From a virus (lineage: Duplodnaviria > Caudoviricetes), in the IMG/VR virus record IMGVR_UViG_3300037246_000768, positions 1-59,458 of that record: 59,458 nt of DNA; one strand, written 5' to 3'. Position 1 is the stretch's first letter, and the number at the start of each line of letters is the position of its first letter. The notes beneath the pieces were generated by a model. It searched no databases and was not told the DNA's origin. It was given only the letters and a program-made list of their open reading frames with translations. Shown here piece after piece: positions 19,907 to 27,211 of the stretch. The translations under genes were made by a program, and so were the position numbers.

Positions 19907-20045
19907 AACACTTTATCCATTCAGGCACGAACAATGACAATATCAATGCGTAGGCAATGATAAGGCCGCCAAACAGGCCGCTCTGTGGATACCAGAACTG
20001 CCACCATTCGGCAGGGTGAAACAGCCATTTACGCAAGTGGCCCAT
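19896..20045 (-). CDS. Small membrane protein (49 aa)
   Basis: Hand translation MGHLRKWLFHPAEWWQFWYPQSGLFGGLIIAYALILSLFVPEW..; fills the gap after the endolysin. Confidence 0.45.
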   Translation of the reverse strand: MGHLRKWLFHPAEWWQFWYPQSGLFGGLIIAYALILSLFVPEWIKCYGP

Positions 20046-20051
20046 GTCTGC

Positions 20052-20369
20052 TTACGCTCCTATAGCCGTTTTTGGCTGGTATTCGATGTGGATTGCTCCG
20101 TGGTTTGACTCAATAACATCGAAGTCATCACCAAGGGAGTCGCGAATCTCTTTGATGATCGCCTGCCTCACGGCTGAGTCAACGTGGTTGCCACGAAAGT
20201 CCAATGCCAAGCCGACATAGTGTAGCGAACCCTTTGAGTGCGTGCCTTCGATGCCTGACGTGATAACGCAGTCGGCTCCATACTGCGCCATGATCTCGTT
20301 AACGACGGCAACAACAACAGCCATGGCGATTGCCGGGTGCAGCTTTACTCCCTTTTTAACATAAATCAC
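20052..20369 (-). CDS. Putative endolysin, peptidase M15-like
   Basis: ITSG..HSKGSLHYVGLALDFR..HIEY, the Zn-ligand pattern of the Hedgehog/DD-peptidase fold; next to the holin. Confidence 0.75.
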   Translation of the reverse strand: MIYVKKGVKLHPAIAMAVVVAVVNEIMAQYGADCVITSGIEGTHSKGSLHYVGLALDFRGNHVDSAVRQAIIKEIRDSLGDDFDVIESNHGAIHIEYQPKTAIGA

Positions 20370-20760
20370 CGTATCTCTCCCTCTTAAATAGGCCTTGGGC
20401 CTGCAGTGCCTTTACCGCCGGGCGGTATGCCCAGCCGCAAAAATCGCAAATAGCCTCCGCGCCGTTACCGGGTTTCCAAAAATCGCGCTCTATCTTCCAT
20501 ATCTCACGCACGATTGCCTTCTGCGTGCGCTTGTCGTGGAGCGAGAGCGTGGTGCTCTTGTAGCTTCTTACTGCGTCCGGGCAGGCCGGGTCGCGCAGCC
20601 AGCTTATTGACTGCATCAAAACCTCTGCCCAAAGCGAAATCTCATTATCTGCCGAAAAAAAGGTGACGCGCCCACTCTCAAAGCATCCGTCATCGTACGG
20701 TGCCGAGAGTGACCCAGTGATGGCAGTCACCGGGGGAGCTTTTGGCTGCGCACGCGTCAT
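20356..20760 (-). CDS. Hypothetical protein
   Basis: 134-aa ORF in the operon. Confidence 0.45.
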   Translation of the reverse strand: MTRAQPKAPPVTAITGSLSAPYDDGCFESGRVTFFSADNEISLWAEVLMQSISWLRDPACPDAVRSYKSTTLSLHDKRTQKAIVREIWKIERDFWKPGNGAEAICDFCGWAYRPAVKALQAQGLFKRERYGDLC

Positions 20761-20775
20761 GGCAGGTGGAAACCT

Positions 20776-21012
20776 TTAAGGCTTTTTAATCAGGCCGCCA
20801 AGTGGCACATTCGCCTTTATGCGGCCGTAGAGCGTCCAGCACAGCCCGACAAGCACGCTTGCCGCTGTCATGAGCGCGGTGACATCGGTGGTGATCTGCT
20901 CCTGTAGCTCGGGCGCCCATCCCAGGATAAGACCGACGAGGCTGATGAGCGTTAGGATAATCCCCTGGATCGTCTTCGATCGCAAGTGCCCTTTGCTTAG
21001 AGTCGTGGTCAT
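20776..21012 (-). CDS. Putative holin (two TM segments)
   Basis: LRSKTIQG start, two hydrophobic helices, YGRIKA basic tail. Confidence 0.7.
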   Translation of the reverse strand: MTTTLSKGHLRSKTIQGIILTLISLVGLILGWAPELQEQITTDVTALMTAASVLVGLCWTLYGRIKANVPLGGLIKKP

Positions 21013-21227
21013 CAGATCTTCTCCCTGAGTGCTTTGCCGCGCGCGATCTCTGCGTCGAGCCCGGCCATGGCTTCGTCCATGCGTTCCTGGGTTGCTGAGT
21101 CGTCAGCGTCGAGCTCTGCGAAAAGAGCACGGAGATTGCCTGACGCCTCAATCAGGCGGCTGGCAAGGGCGAGGGCGATGGTGATTGCGTCGAGCGCTAC
21201 CGCTACGGTTTCGCTGCGTACTTTCAC
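21012..21227 (-). CDS. Small helical protein, partner of the lipoprotein
   Basis: 71 aa, translationally coupled on both sides. Confidence 0.5.
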   Translation of the reverse strand: MKVRSETVAVALDAITIALALASRLIEASGNLRALFAELDADDSATQERMDEAMAGLDAEIARGKALREKI

Positions 21228-21598
21228 TGTGGGCCTCCGATCAGTGCGCGCACGTTAAGCAGTAGGCTGGTGATTATGCGTAGCTGCCCCTGTGCGCTGG
21301 AAACGTCACCTGCGTCGAGCATACCGCGCGACACGTTAAGCACCTGGCGAACCTCGACTACCTTCCGCTCAACCTCCATGTGGTTGGTCGGAGAGATAAG
21401 CCCCTGTCCAAGCGCATCGTTGGCCGCCGCCATCATGGCTTTGGTCTCGTGCGTCGCCAGGAGCCAGGACTGCTCGGCGTTACTCGGCTTTGGCGGCGTG
21501 GCTGACTGCAGTATAGCACAGCCGGTCACGAACAAACATCCGAGCAGCAGGGCCATGGCCAGATAAAACCCGTAAAGATTGTAGTCGTGTTTTCTCAT
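21224..21598 (-). CDS. Predicted lipoprotein in the lysis cassette
   Basis: Hydrophobic leader plus lipobox VTGC, helical mature part. Confidence 0.65.
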   Translation of the reverse strand: MRKHDYNLYGFYLAMALLLGCLFVTGCAILQSATPPKPSNAEQSWLLATHETKAMMAAANDALGQGLISPTNHMEVERKVVEVRQVLNVSRGMLDAGDVSSAQGQLRIITSLLLNVRALIGGPQ

Positions 21599-21620
21599 TT
21601 GCGTACTCCCTGTTGGTAAA

Positions 21621-22004
21621 AGGCAGGCACGGCAGCCGCCTTTTAGTGGACTATTTCTATGGTTTTACCGCTGTCGTTCATCACGTAGGCGGTGCCGTCA
21701 AAATCAACGATCATGAACGAATGGCCGCGCACATCCGTCAGCGTCATGCGCTTCCACCGCCCATCGGTGTGTATTGCGTTTGATATTTGCCGATAGACTG
21801 TCCCGTCGGGCACTACCGGCCCGGTTGGGAGAGTTACCCTACCACCAGCCGGCCGATCCTCCTCGTGAACGTCATCGTCTCCAAGGTGCTCGATCTCCAC
21901 CGAGAAGCATTCTCCCAGCAGTGTGAAGTCGTCGCCGTATTTCAGTCCTTGTAGTTTTGTAATCATATCTTCCTCTCTTTCTGTCTGGGCTGCCGTGCCT
22001 GTCT
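21621..22004. repeat. 17-bp inverted repeat pair (21621-21637 and 21988-22004) bracketing one gene
   Basis: AGGCAGGCACGGCAGCC versus GGCTGCCGTGCCTGTCT; 14-bp perfect core, 16/17 overall. Confidence 0.85.
21643..21966 (-). CDS. Hypothetical protein with C-terminal AYVMNDSGKTIE motif
   Basis: 107 aa, purine-rich leader AGAAAGAGAGGAAG. Confidence 0.65.
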   Translation of the reverse strand: MITKLQGLKYGDDFTLLGECFSVEIEHLGDDDVHEEDRPAGGRVTLPTGPVVPDGTVYRQISNAIHTDGRWKRMTLTDVRGHSFMIVDFDGTAYVMNDSGKTIEIVH

Positions 22005-22012
22005 GATTCGGT

Positions 22013-22264
22013 CTATTTACAGTTGTCGGAGTTCTTCATCGGGGTGTCGCCGGGCGTGTCCCGCTGGTAGTTCTTCTTCTCGCGGGGCCCCTTGACTTCG
22101 GCGGCGCGTGCGTCGAGCACGGCTACGGAGAACTTGCCGAAAGCCTTTGAATCTTCGGACATTGCGAGTTGCCGCGCAGCAGCCTCAACGACTGCTTTGG
22201 CGATATTGAGACTGTCGGCCTCAACTTCTAGAAGTGCGTGGAGCGATACCTTATGCTCTGCCAC
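22013..22264 (-). CDS. Hypothetical protein
   Basis: 83-aa ORF overlapping the upstream stop. Confidence 0.5.
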   Translation of the reverse strand: MAEHKVSLHALLEVEADSLNIAKAVVEAAARQLAMSEDSKAFGKFSVAVLDARAAEVKGPREKKNYQRDTPGDTPMKNSDNCK

Positions 22265-22724
22265 TGGCCACCATTCCTTTCTCTGCTGCGTTTACGGGTC
22301 TGTATGCTTCTTCAAAAACGGCTTTCGGGCTCCAAGACTTGTAGCCGTCAGGGTAAACGACCATGTAGCCGTCGCCGTCGTCTTTCGGGTCGTAGGGGCG
22401 CTGCTGGATCTTCGAGAACTCGTCCAACGTCATCGGCTTTGCGTCGATGATCTTGGCGCCCAGGTATGAGCGCATGCCGGCATGCTCGATTTCGCAGTCG
22501 GCTTCTGCTATTGACAACGAATCAGCGGCCGTGAAGGCTGCGTTGTGGGCAACGAGCTCAAGCTGTTGCTGCGTCAAGGCCTGCAGCCCGGGAGCGAAAA
22601 AACCCTCCGGCCCCATCGCTTCGATCGAGCACCTTACCGTGACGAACAAGCACCGAGCCTTCAAGGTGATGCGTTTCCACCAGTCGATGTCAACTCCAAA
22701 TTCGTTAAGGTTTTCTTCTTCCAT
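22251..22724 (-). CDS. Protein with C-terminal YxGxKxIxAxPM..GYxVxYPDGYxSWSPKxVFEEAY domain
   Basis: Motif read directly; I recall this domain fused to DUF2829/Tad2 and Gp49-family phage proteins. Confidence 0.6.
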   Translation of the reverse strand: MEEENLNEFGVDIDWWKRITLKARCLFVTVRCSIEAMGPEGFFAPGLQALTQQQLELVAHNAAFTAADSLSIAEADCEIEHAGMRSYLGAKIIDAKPMTLDEFSKIQQRPYDPKDDGDGYMVVYPDGYKSWSPKAVFEEAYRPVNAAEKGMVASGRA

Positions 22725-22756
22725 CGGTCTTCTCCTGCCCAGCCGGGCGGTGGGGT

Positions 22757-23032
22757 TTAGAGGTTTAAGGCTTCAAGCGCCGCTGCTGCGCCTTCCAGTT
22801 CGTGCATATCTTCGCCCATAATTCTCAGAGATTCCTTGACAGCGGCAATCTTGCCGGTTGCCATTGGTGCTTCTACCCTGTCGTCGCGAACCCCAAGCTC
22901 GCCGCCCACCTCGCCGGTAACGGTAAAAACACGTTCTCTCACCTTCGATATACGATGCGAGTATTCGATGATGGTTCCGGCGATGGCTTCTAATTCTGAG
23001 GTTTCTCTTACTGCTTCTGGCCGATCGTTCAT
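22757..23032 (-). CDS. Hypothetical coiled-coil protein
   Basis: 91 aa, strong AGGAGG RBS right after the tRNA. Confidence 0.55.
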   Translation of the reverse strand: MNDRPEAVRETSELEAIAGTIIEYSHRISKVRERVFTVTGEVGGELGVRDDRVEAPMATGKIAAVKESLRIMGEDMHELEGAAAALEALNL

Positions 23033-23052
23033 TTCATTTTCCTCCTTTGGTT

Positions 23053-23128
23053 TGGTGCTTTGGGCAGGGCTCGAACCTGCGACCTAGCGGTTATCGACCG
23101 CTTGCTCTGCCACCTGAGCTACCAAAGC
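23053..23128 (-). tRNA. tRNA-Ile (GAT), CCA encoded
   Basis: 76-nt cloverleaf: acceptor GCTTTGG/CCAAAGC, D arm GCTC/GAGC, anticodon arm AGCGG-TCGATAA-CCGCT, T arm GCAGG-TTCGAGC-CCTGC, ACCA end. Confidence 0.9.
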
Positions 23129-23224
23129 ACGGTTATTTTGCGCGTATGGATTATTCTACGCAGAAAGTTTTGAACGTATCGGCCTCTTGCCGTGACCACT
23201 GGCCAGCCTGACTTGGCGATAAAG

Positions 23225-23590
23225 CTAACCTTCATCCTGGCTCCCTTCATTCAGCATTATAAAACCAGTTTCGCTCCAATATTTACGCGCAGCAATTTTC
23301 CATATCCGCTTGTCGTCGGTGTTGGTGGCGTCGAGGAGCGACTTAATCAGGTTGTCAGTGTCCGGGGTCGTCTTGTGTGGCAGCCCACACATTTCCGCAC
23401 GCCTCTTCTTGCTCCACGACTTTGGCATGGGTAGTCCAAAAACCACGTCTACCGTGTCGCCGTCGATGCGTAACCCCTTGATGCGTATAGCATCCTTGAA
23501 CGCCCGATAGCGCTCGACGCATGCGCGCTTTTTCCACTTATCGCTGCGCGTTTGACGAGGTTTTGGGACTGGGGTTATTTTGTAGAGCAT
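23225..23590 (-). CDS. rusA: RusA-family Holliday junction resolvase
   Basis: PVPKPRQT, PKSWSKKRR, PDTDNLIKSLLDA..DDKRI motifs. Confidence 0.88.
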   Translation of the reverse strand: MLYKITPVPKPRQTRSDKWKKRACVERYRAFKDAIRIKGLRIDGDTVDVVFGLPMPKSWSKKRRAEMCGLPHKTTPDTDNLIKSLLDATNTDDKRIWKIAARKYWSETGFIMLNEGSQDEG

Positions 23591-23611
23591 AATGGATTCT
23601 CAGCAGATTGC

Positions 23612-23803
23612 CTAAGGCCCGACATCTGCTCCCCTTTCCCAACTCTTAACCAGGGCTAATATTCTGTTGGTCTTCTTAGCGATTATACCGTCGCCTTCGC
23701 AATCGTGGCAGTCCCTTGACTCGCATTCGTCTGAGACGAAGTGACAGATTATCTTGTTTATCTGGTTAAATGCGTCCGCATCAGCCCTACTCACGGGGCT
23801 CAA
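23612..23803 (-). CDS. Small Cys-containing hypothetical protein
   Basis: 63-aa ORF in the operon. Confidence 0.4.
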   Translation of the reverse strand: MSPVSRADADAFNQINKIICHFVSDECESRDCHDCEGDGIIAKKTNRILALVKSWERGADVGP

Positions 23804-24131
23804 CCTTCCCCTTGAAGACCAGGGCCCGAAGATCGCGCATGTGTGCGTCCTTTGCGTCGAGCAGATCCTGCGGCGCAGCCTTACCCTCCGGCACGACGCC
23901 CATTTTCAGCAGCTGCCCAACGAGGTCGCCGGCCATGTGCTCAGGGATAGTGACTGTCGGTGGGCAAACAGCCCCACGTTCGACCTTGACGCGATCTCCG
24001 GCTGCATTCCAGACGAAGCTGTCGCCGCCCACCTGCCTCTCGGTGATGTATATATCGTAATCAAATGCGCTGTAGTTTCTTGATACGTGCAGCTCGACTA
24101 GCGTGTCGCCCAGCCTCGGCTTAGTAGCCAT
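23787..24131 (-). CDS. Hypothetical protein
   Basis: Likely start MATKPRL at 24131 (coupled); C-terminal AKDAHMRDLRALVF. Confidence 0.55.
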   Translation of the reverse strand: MATKPRLGDTLVELHVSRNYSAFDYDIYITERQVGGDSFVWNAAGDRVKVERGAVCPPTVTIPEHMAGDLVGQLLKMGVVPEGKAAPQDLLDAKDAHMRDLRALVFKGKVEPRE

Positions 24132-24595
24132 CAGTCTTCCTCCTTGAGCGGGGCTATAAGAAACTCCGGCCCCTTGCCCATGCAGTCGCAGTAGATGTCC
24201 TGGGCGCACACAAGCGACACCGCCACTCGTGCGTCCTTGCCGGCCAGCATAGCCCCCATAGCGATCTCACGGCCGCTGCCGAGCGCCCAGATGTCGGCCC
24301 CGGTCAGCGGCACACGCACAGCAAGCTGATCCCCGTCACGGTCAAACAACTCGCCGTCGCATATCTCGATGACGTTTAGGTTGTCTAGCACGCCGTTCGG
24401 CCCAGGAAGATTTTTAATATCCAACCCGGTATCGATGACCCACTTCTTGAAGAGCAGGGCCTGGTTAAAATTCCCAGCCATCCCGTAGATCACGCCGTCG
24501 TGCGTAAAGATCTTTTGCGCCTCGTGGCACATCGACCCGAAAACCGCCAGCCGGTCAGCCGCCAGCGTCCGCCCATCCCACGCTATGACGGTCAC
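24131..24595 (-). CDS. Ntn-hydrolase (proteasome beta/HslV-like) protein
   Basis: N-terminal Thr (MTVIAWDG), LAADR, QKIF, GMAGN, ALGSG motifs. Confidence 0.72.
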   Translation of the reverse strand: MTVIAWDGRTLAADRLAVFGSMCHEAQKIFTHDGVIYGMAGNFNQALLFKKWVIDTGLDIKNLPGPNGVLDNLNVIEICDGELFDRDGDQLAVRVPLTGADIWALGSGREIAMGAMLAGKDARVAVSLVCAQDIYCDCMGKGPEFLIAPLKEED

Positions 24596-24807
24596 TGCGT
24601 AAGCTCCTTGCCGTTCAGGCCCACTAGCCCCGTCGCACCGGCAGCCTGCGCAAACGACTTCTCGAAGTGGCGCAGCACGCCGCCGATAACCTTATTCAAG
24701 GCCGCCTGAATCGCGATCTCGTCCGGCTGTTCACCCGTCGAGCTCTCGTCCATATCTATTCTGAGCTCGCCCCTCACCATTTCAATACTCACAATGATCC
24801 GCCGCAT
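24592..24807 (-). CDS. Hypothetical protein
   Basis: Likely start MRRII at 24807 after a CAGGAGG RBS. Confidence 0.5.
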   Translation of the reverse strand: MRRIIVSIEMVRGELRIDMDESSTGEQPDEIAIQAALNKVIGGVLRHFEKSFAQAAGATGLVGLNGKELTQ

Positions 24808-24854
24808 GCTCCCGACCTCCTGCCTAACTGCCTGTGGGTGTTCACTTGGCACTT

Positions 24855-24883
24855 ATGATACATCGACTAATGCGGGATGGCAA
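24855..24883 (-). promoter_or_regulatory. Sigma70-like promoter
   Basis: TTGCCA-17 bp-TATCAT. Confidence 0.65.
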
Positions 24884-24896
24884 GACCACAAGGCAC

Positions 24897-24929
24897 AAAA
24901 AAGCCCCTCTCGCTTTGAAAGGGGCTTTT
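24897..24929 (-). terminator. Intrinsic terminator
   Basis: Minus strand AAAAGCCCCTTTC-AAAGC-GAGAGGGGCTTTTTT. Confidence 0.8.
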
Positions 24930-24956
24930 CTATCCTTGCCGGGGGTGCTATCTCAT

Positions 24957-25382
24957 TTATGCAAAAAGGCCCGAGGGGCCAGACCTCCAACCAGGTGGAT
25001 TGCCAGGATCGTCGTCAGGTCTGTAGTATGTGGGCGGTTTCGGCTTGGGGCCAAGCGCGGTTGGAGTAATCGCGCGCACCTCCTCGTCGGAGAGCATAAA
25101 CCGCTCCGCAAGGTCAGGGTAGCGCCGATCCATCTTTCTTTGCGCGTCAGCAAGGGCCATTATCACGTCGGCCCTGAACGCCTCCACGTCAAAGTGGTAG
25201 TCGTCAGAAGCCGTTGCGACGCAAGCCAAATCGCCGTCACCATCCAGGTAACAGCCGGGCATCACGTCAGCCGACGCAAAAACCATTTCTCCCGGGGCGG
25301 GACTCCAGCCACCCCCATCACCGGCAAAGGCCGGCAGCACCATGAGCATAAGCGCGGTAGCGATCATAAGCAGCATTTTCAT
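24957..25382 (-). CDS. Secreted protein of unknown function (moron-like)
   Basis: Sec signal MKMLLMIATALMLMVLPAFA; has its own promoter and terminator. Confidence 0.65.
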   Translation of the reverse strand: MKMLLMIATALMLMVLPAFAGDGGGWSPAPGEMVFASADVMPGCYLDGDGDLACVATASDDYHFDVEAFRADVIMALADAQRKMDRRYPDLAERFMLSDEEVRAITPTALGPKPKPPTYYRPDDDPGNPPGWRSGPSGLFA

Positions 25383-25425
25383 CGGACTCTCCTTTTGAAA
25401 CTCGTGGGTGAGACTTGGTAGCTAA

Positions 25426-25454
25426 AGCATAGAGGCGTTGGCCTCGGGTGTCAA
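25426..25454 (-). promoter_or_regulatory. Sigma70-like promoter
   Basis: TTGACA-17 bp-TATGCT. Confidence 0.75.
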
Positions 25455-25458
25455 CCCC

Positions 25459-25638
25459 TTAGTGATCCGGCTCGGGCTCGAAGTAGGAGCACTCCAGCTT
25501 TACGTTGCCGGCTCCCTGGTGGCCCTTGCCGCTGCCGATCTGGTGAATCGTGTTAATGGCGCCTTGAATTATCTCACCATCGGAACACTCGGGCTGCTTG
25601 ACGCATTGATAACAGTCTTGCTCCAGCGAATAGCTCAT
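25459..25638 (-). CDS. Small Cys-rich protein (59 aa)
   Basis: Start MSYSLEQDCYQC after a GAGGAG RBS; shorter than the ORF-track call. Confidence 0.55.
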   Translation of the reverse strand: MSYSLEQDCYQCVKQPECSDGEIIQGAINTIHQIGSGKGHQGAGNVKLECSYFEPEPDH

Positions 25639-25681
25639 GTGGATCTCCTCGTGTGCGTGTGTGCTTCCAGAAGGGTGAATC

Positions 25682-25805
25682 TGCGGTGCCTGGTTCTTCC
25701 CCAGGTACTGTAGGCCCCTGGCCGATGACGCGACCAAGTCGTTAAACCAACTGCGCCTCGTGACTGTAGCTATTCCTTGCAGGGTTGTCGTCACGCCTCA
25801 CCGCA
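25682..25805 (-). ncRNA. Candidate structured RNA or leader with tRNA top-half mimic
   Basis: Closing stem TGCGGTG/CACCGCA, adjacent CCTGG-7 nt-CCAGG, internal stems GTGAC/GTCAC, CTTGGTCG/CGGCCAGG, AGGC/GCCT; begins at the predicted TSS. Confidence 0.6.
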
Positions 25806-25812
25806 AAATAGA

Positions 25813-25841
25813 AATATATCACCGGGCGGGCTTCACGGCAA
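25813..25841 (-). promoter_or_regulatory. Sigma70-like promoter (extended -10)
   Basis: TTGCCG-17 bp-TATATT with TGn. Confidence 0.65.
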
Positions 25842-25844
25842 GGG

Positions 25845-26099
25845 CTAAAGGCCGAGAGCGCGGCGCATAGTTTTCTCGGCTTCTTCCCTGCCCCACCGGC
25901 TTATGGTCCGCACCATTTCGTTAAGGCACTTGGGGAGCTTGTACCGCGTCTCCGTCATATCCTCATCGTCAGCGATGTGGGAGATAGCCCAGTCGTGATC
26001 CTCCGAAGGATAACCGCCACAACTAAACGTCCAGTCGTTGCCCTTGAAGTCCACCTTGGACGTGTCGAGCTCTGAAAAATCCTTTTCTATCCTTTTCAT
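25845..26099 (-). CDS. Hypothetical protein
   Basis: 84-aa ORF, ATGA coupled. Confidence 0.55.
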   Translation of the reverse strand: MKRIEKDFSELDTSKVDFKGNDWTFSCGGYPSEDHDWAISHIADDEDMTETRYKLPKCLNEMVRTISRWGREEAEKTMRRALGL

Positions 26100-26410
26100 G
26101 ACGACTTCTCCAGTGCGGCAGTGGCTTCTTTTTCTCCCCGCTCCGCATCGAGTTTAATCAGGTGATTGCCTGTTATGTCGGCATTACCAGCGATGGCGGC
26201 AAAGCGCCGCGTTGCACTCTCCAGTGCAGCGGTGGCGGTTGCTAGGCGAGTACGGAGGTCTTTGAGGTCGTCGTCCTTGTGGATGCGCCAATCGTAGCAA
26301 GTTTCCTTGTCTCTGGCTATTCGGCACACACCGGTTCCGCCATCGTCGTACATACAATCTTCACCCATTTCATCCATGTTGCGGCAACGCTTCTTCATGA
26401 AGTCGCTCAC
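26096..26410 (-). CDS. Hypothetical protein
   Basis: 104-aa ORF, GGAGG RBS, first gene after the promoter. Confidence 0.55.
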   Translation of the reverse strand: MSDFMKKRCRNMDEMGEDCMYDDGGTGVCRIARDKETCYDWRIHKDDDLKDLRTRLATATAALESATRRFAAIAGNADITGNHLIKLDAERGEKEATAALEKSS

Positions 26411-26441
26411 TACTGCACCTCCCTGTTGTCAGTGAGTGTAT

Positions 26442-26470
26442 AGCATACAATGGGTGTCACTCAATGTAAA
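26442..26470 (-). promoter_or_regulatory. Leftward sigma70-like promoter
   Basis: TTTACA-17 bp-TATGCT. Confidence 0.65.
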
Positions 26471-27014
26471 GCCCTTTCAAGGGAAAAAGCGCAGCGTAAA
26501 AAAAATAAAAAATATATTTATAAGTGGGGTCCTTTGCGTAAGCGTGCGTAATTATGCGTAAAAAGTGAGGGGGGAAAATGGCGAAAGCTTATGGGGGAGT
26601 ACCTATAATTACAGCCAGCGGCGCCGGATAGGGGGTGTGGGGGTGGCCTGGGTGGATGGGTCTGAACAGGGGGCAAAGGTTGTACAGACCTCTGCCCTGT
26701 GCCCATAAACCCTTGTTTTTACTGCGTTTGCGTCCGTGATTACCTCGAATGTAACCTAAAATGTAATCACCTGCGCTTTAGTCAGCTTTAGTTCAGATCG
26801 TCGTTGAGATTGCTGGAATGTTAAGTTATTTTACGCACTTACGCGTGGACAGGGTCCTTTGCTCCTACTACATAGTCAACAGCTCAGGCAGGTTTAATCT
26901 ACTAAAGATCAAGGAAAGAGTTGTAGTGTACTTTTTAAGTTAATTGCAAGGAGTGAACCGAAGCAGTGATTACGCATAGTTGAGTCCAATATGCATTTCA
27001 TTGCATAGCAGTGC

Positions 27015-27043
27015 TTGACAATGCGTTACACTGCGAGTAGGAT
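27015..27043 (+). promoter_or_regulatory. Rightward early promoter
   Basis: TTGACA-17 bp-TAGGAT upstream of the plus-strand operon. Confidence 0.75.
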
Positions 27044-27097
27044 TCATACTTGAAACACCCTTACAACTGACTTACAACCTCAACAGAGGAGTTCACT

Positions 27098-27211
27098 ATG
27101 AAAGCAAACGTAGAGTACAAGGGGATTTCCGAATGGTTCCTCTACCGCTCAATGCTCGCCGCTGGCTGGTGCGTATTCGGTATGGCGATTGTGAAAGGGT
27201 GGTGCATCTAA
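27098..27211 (+). CDS. Small membrane peptide (37 aa)
   Basis: GAGGAG RBS; MKANVEYKGISEWFLYRSMLAAGWCVFGMAIVKGWCI. Confidence 0.5.
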   Translation: MKANVEYKGISEWFLYRSMLAAGWCVFGMAIVKGWCI

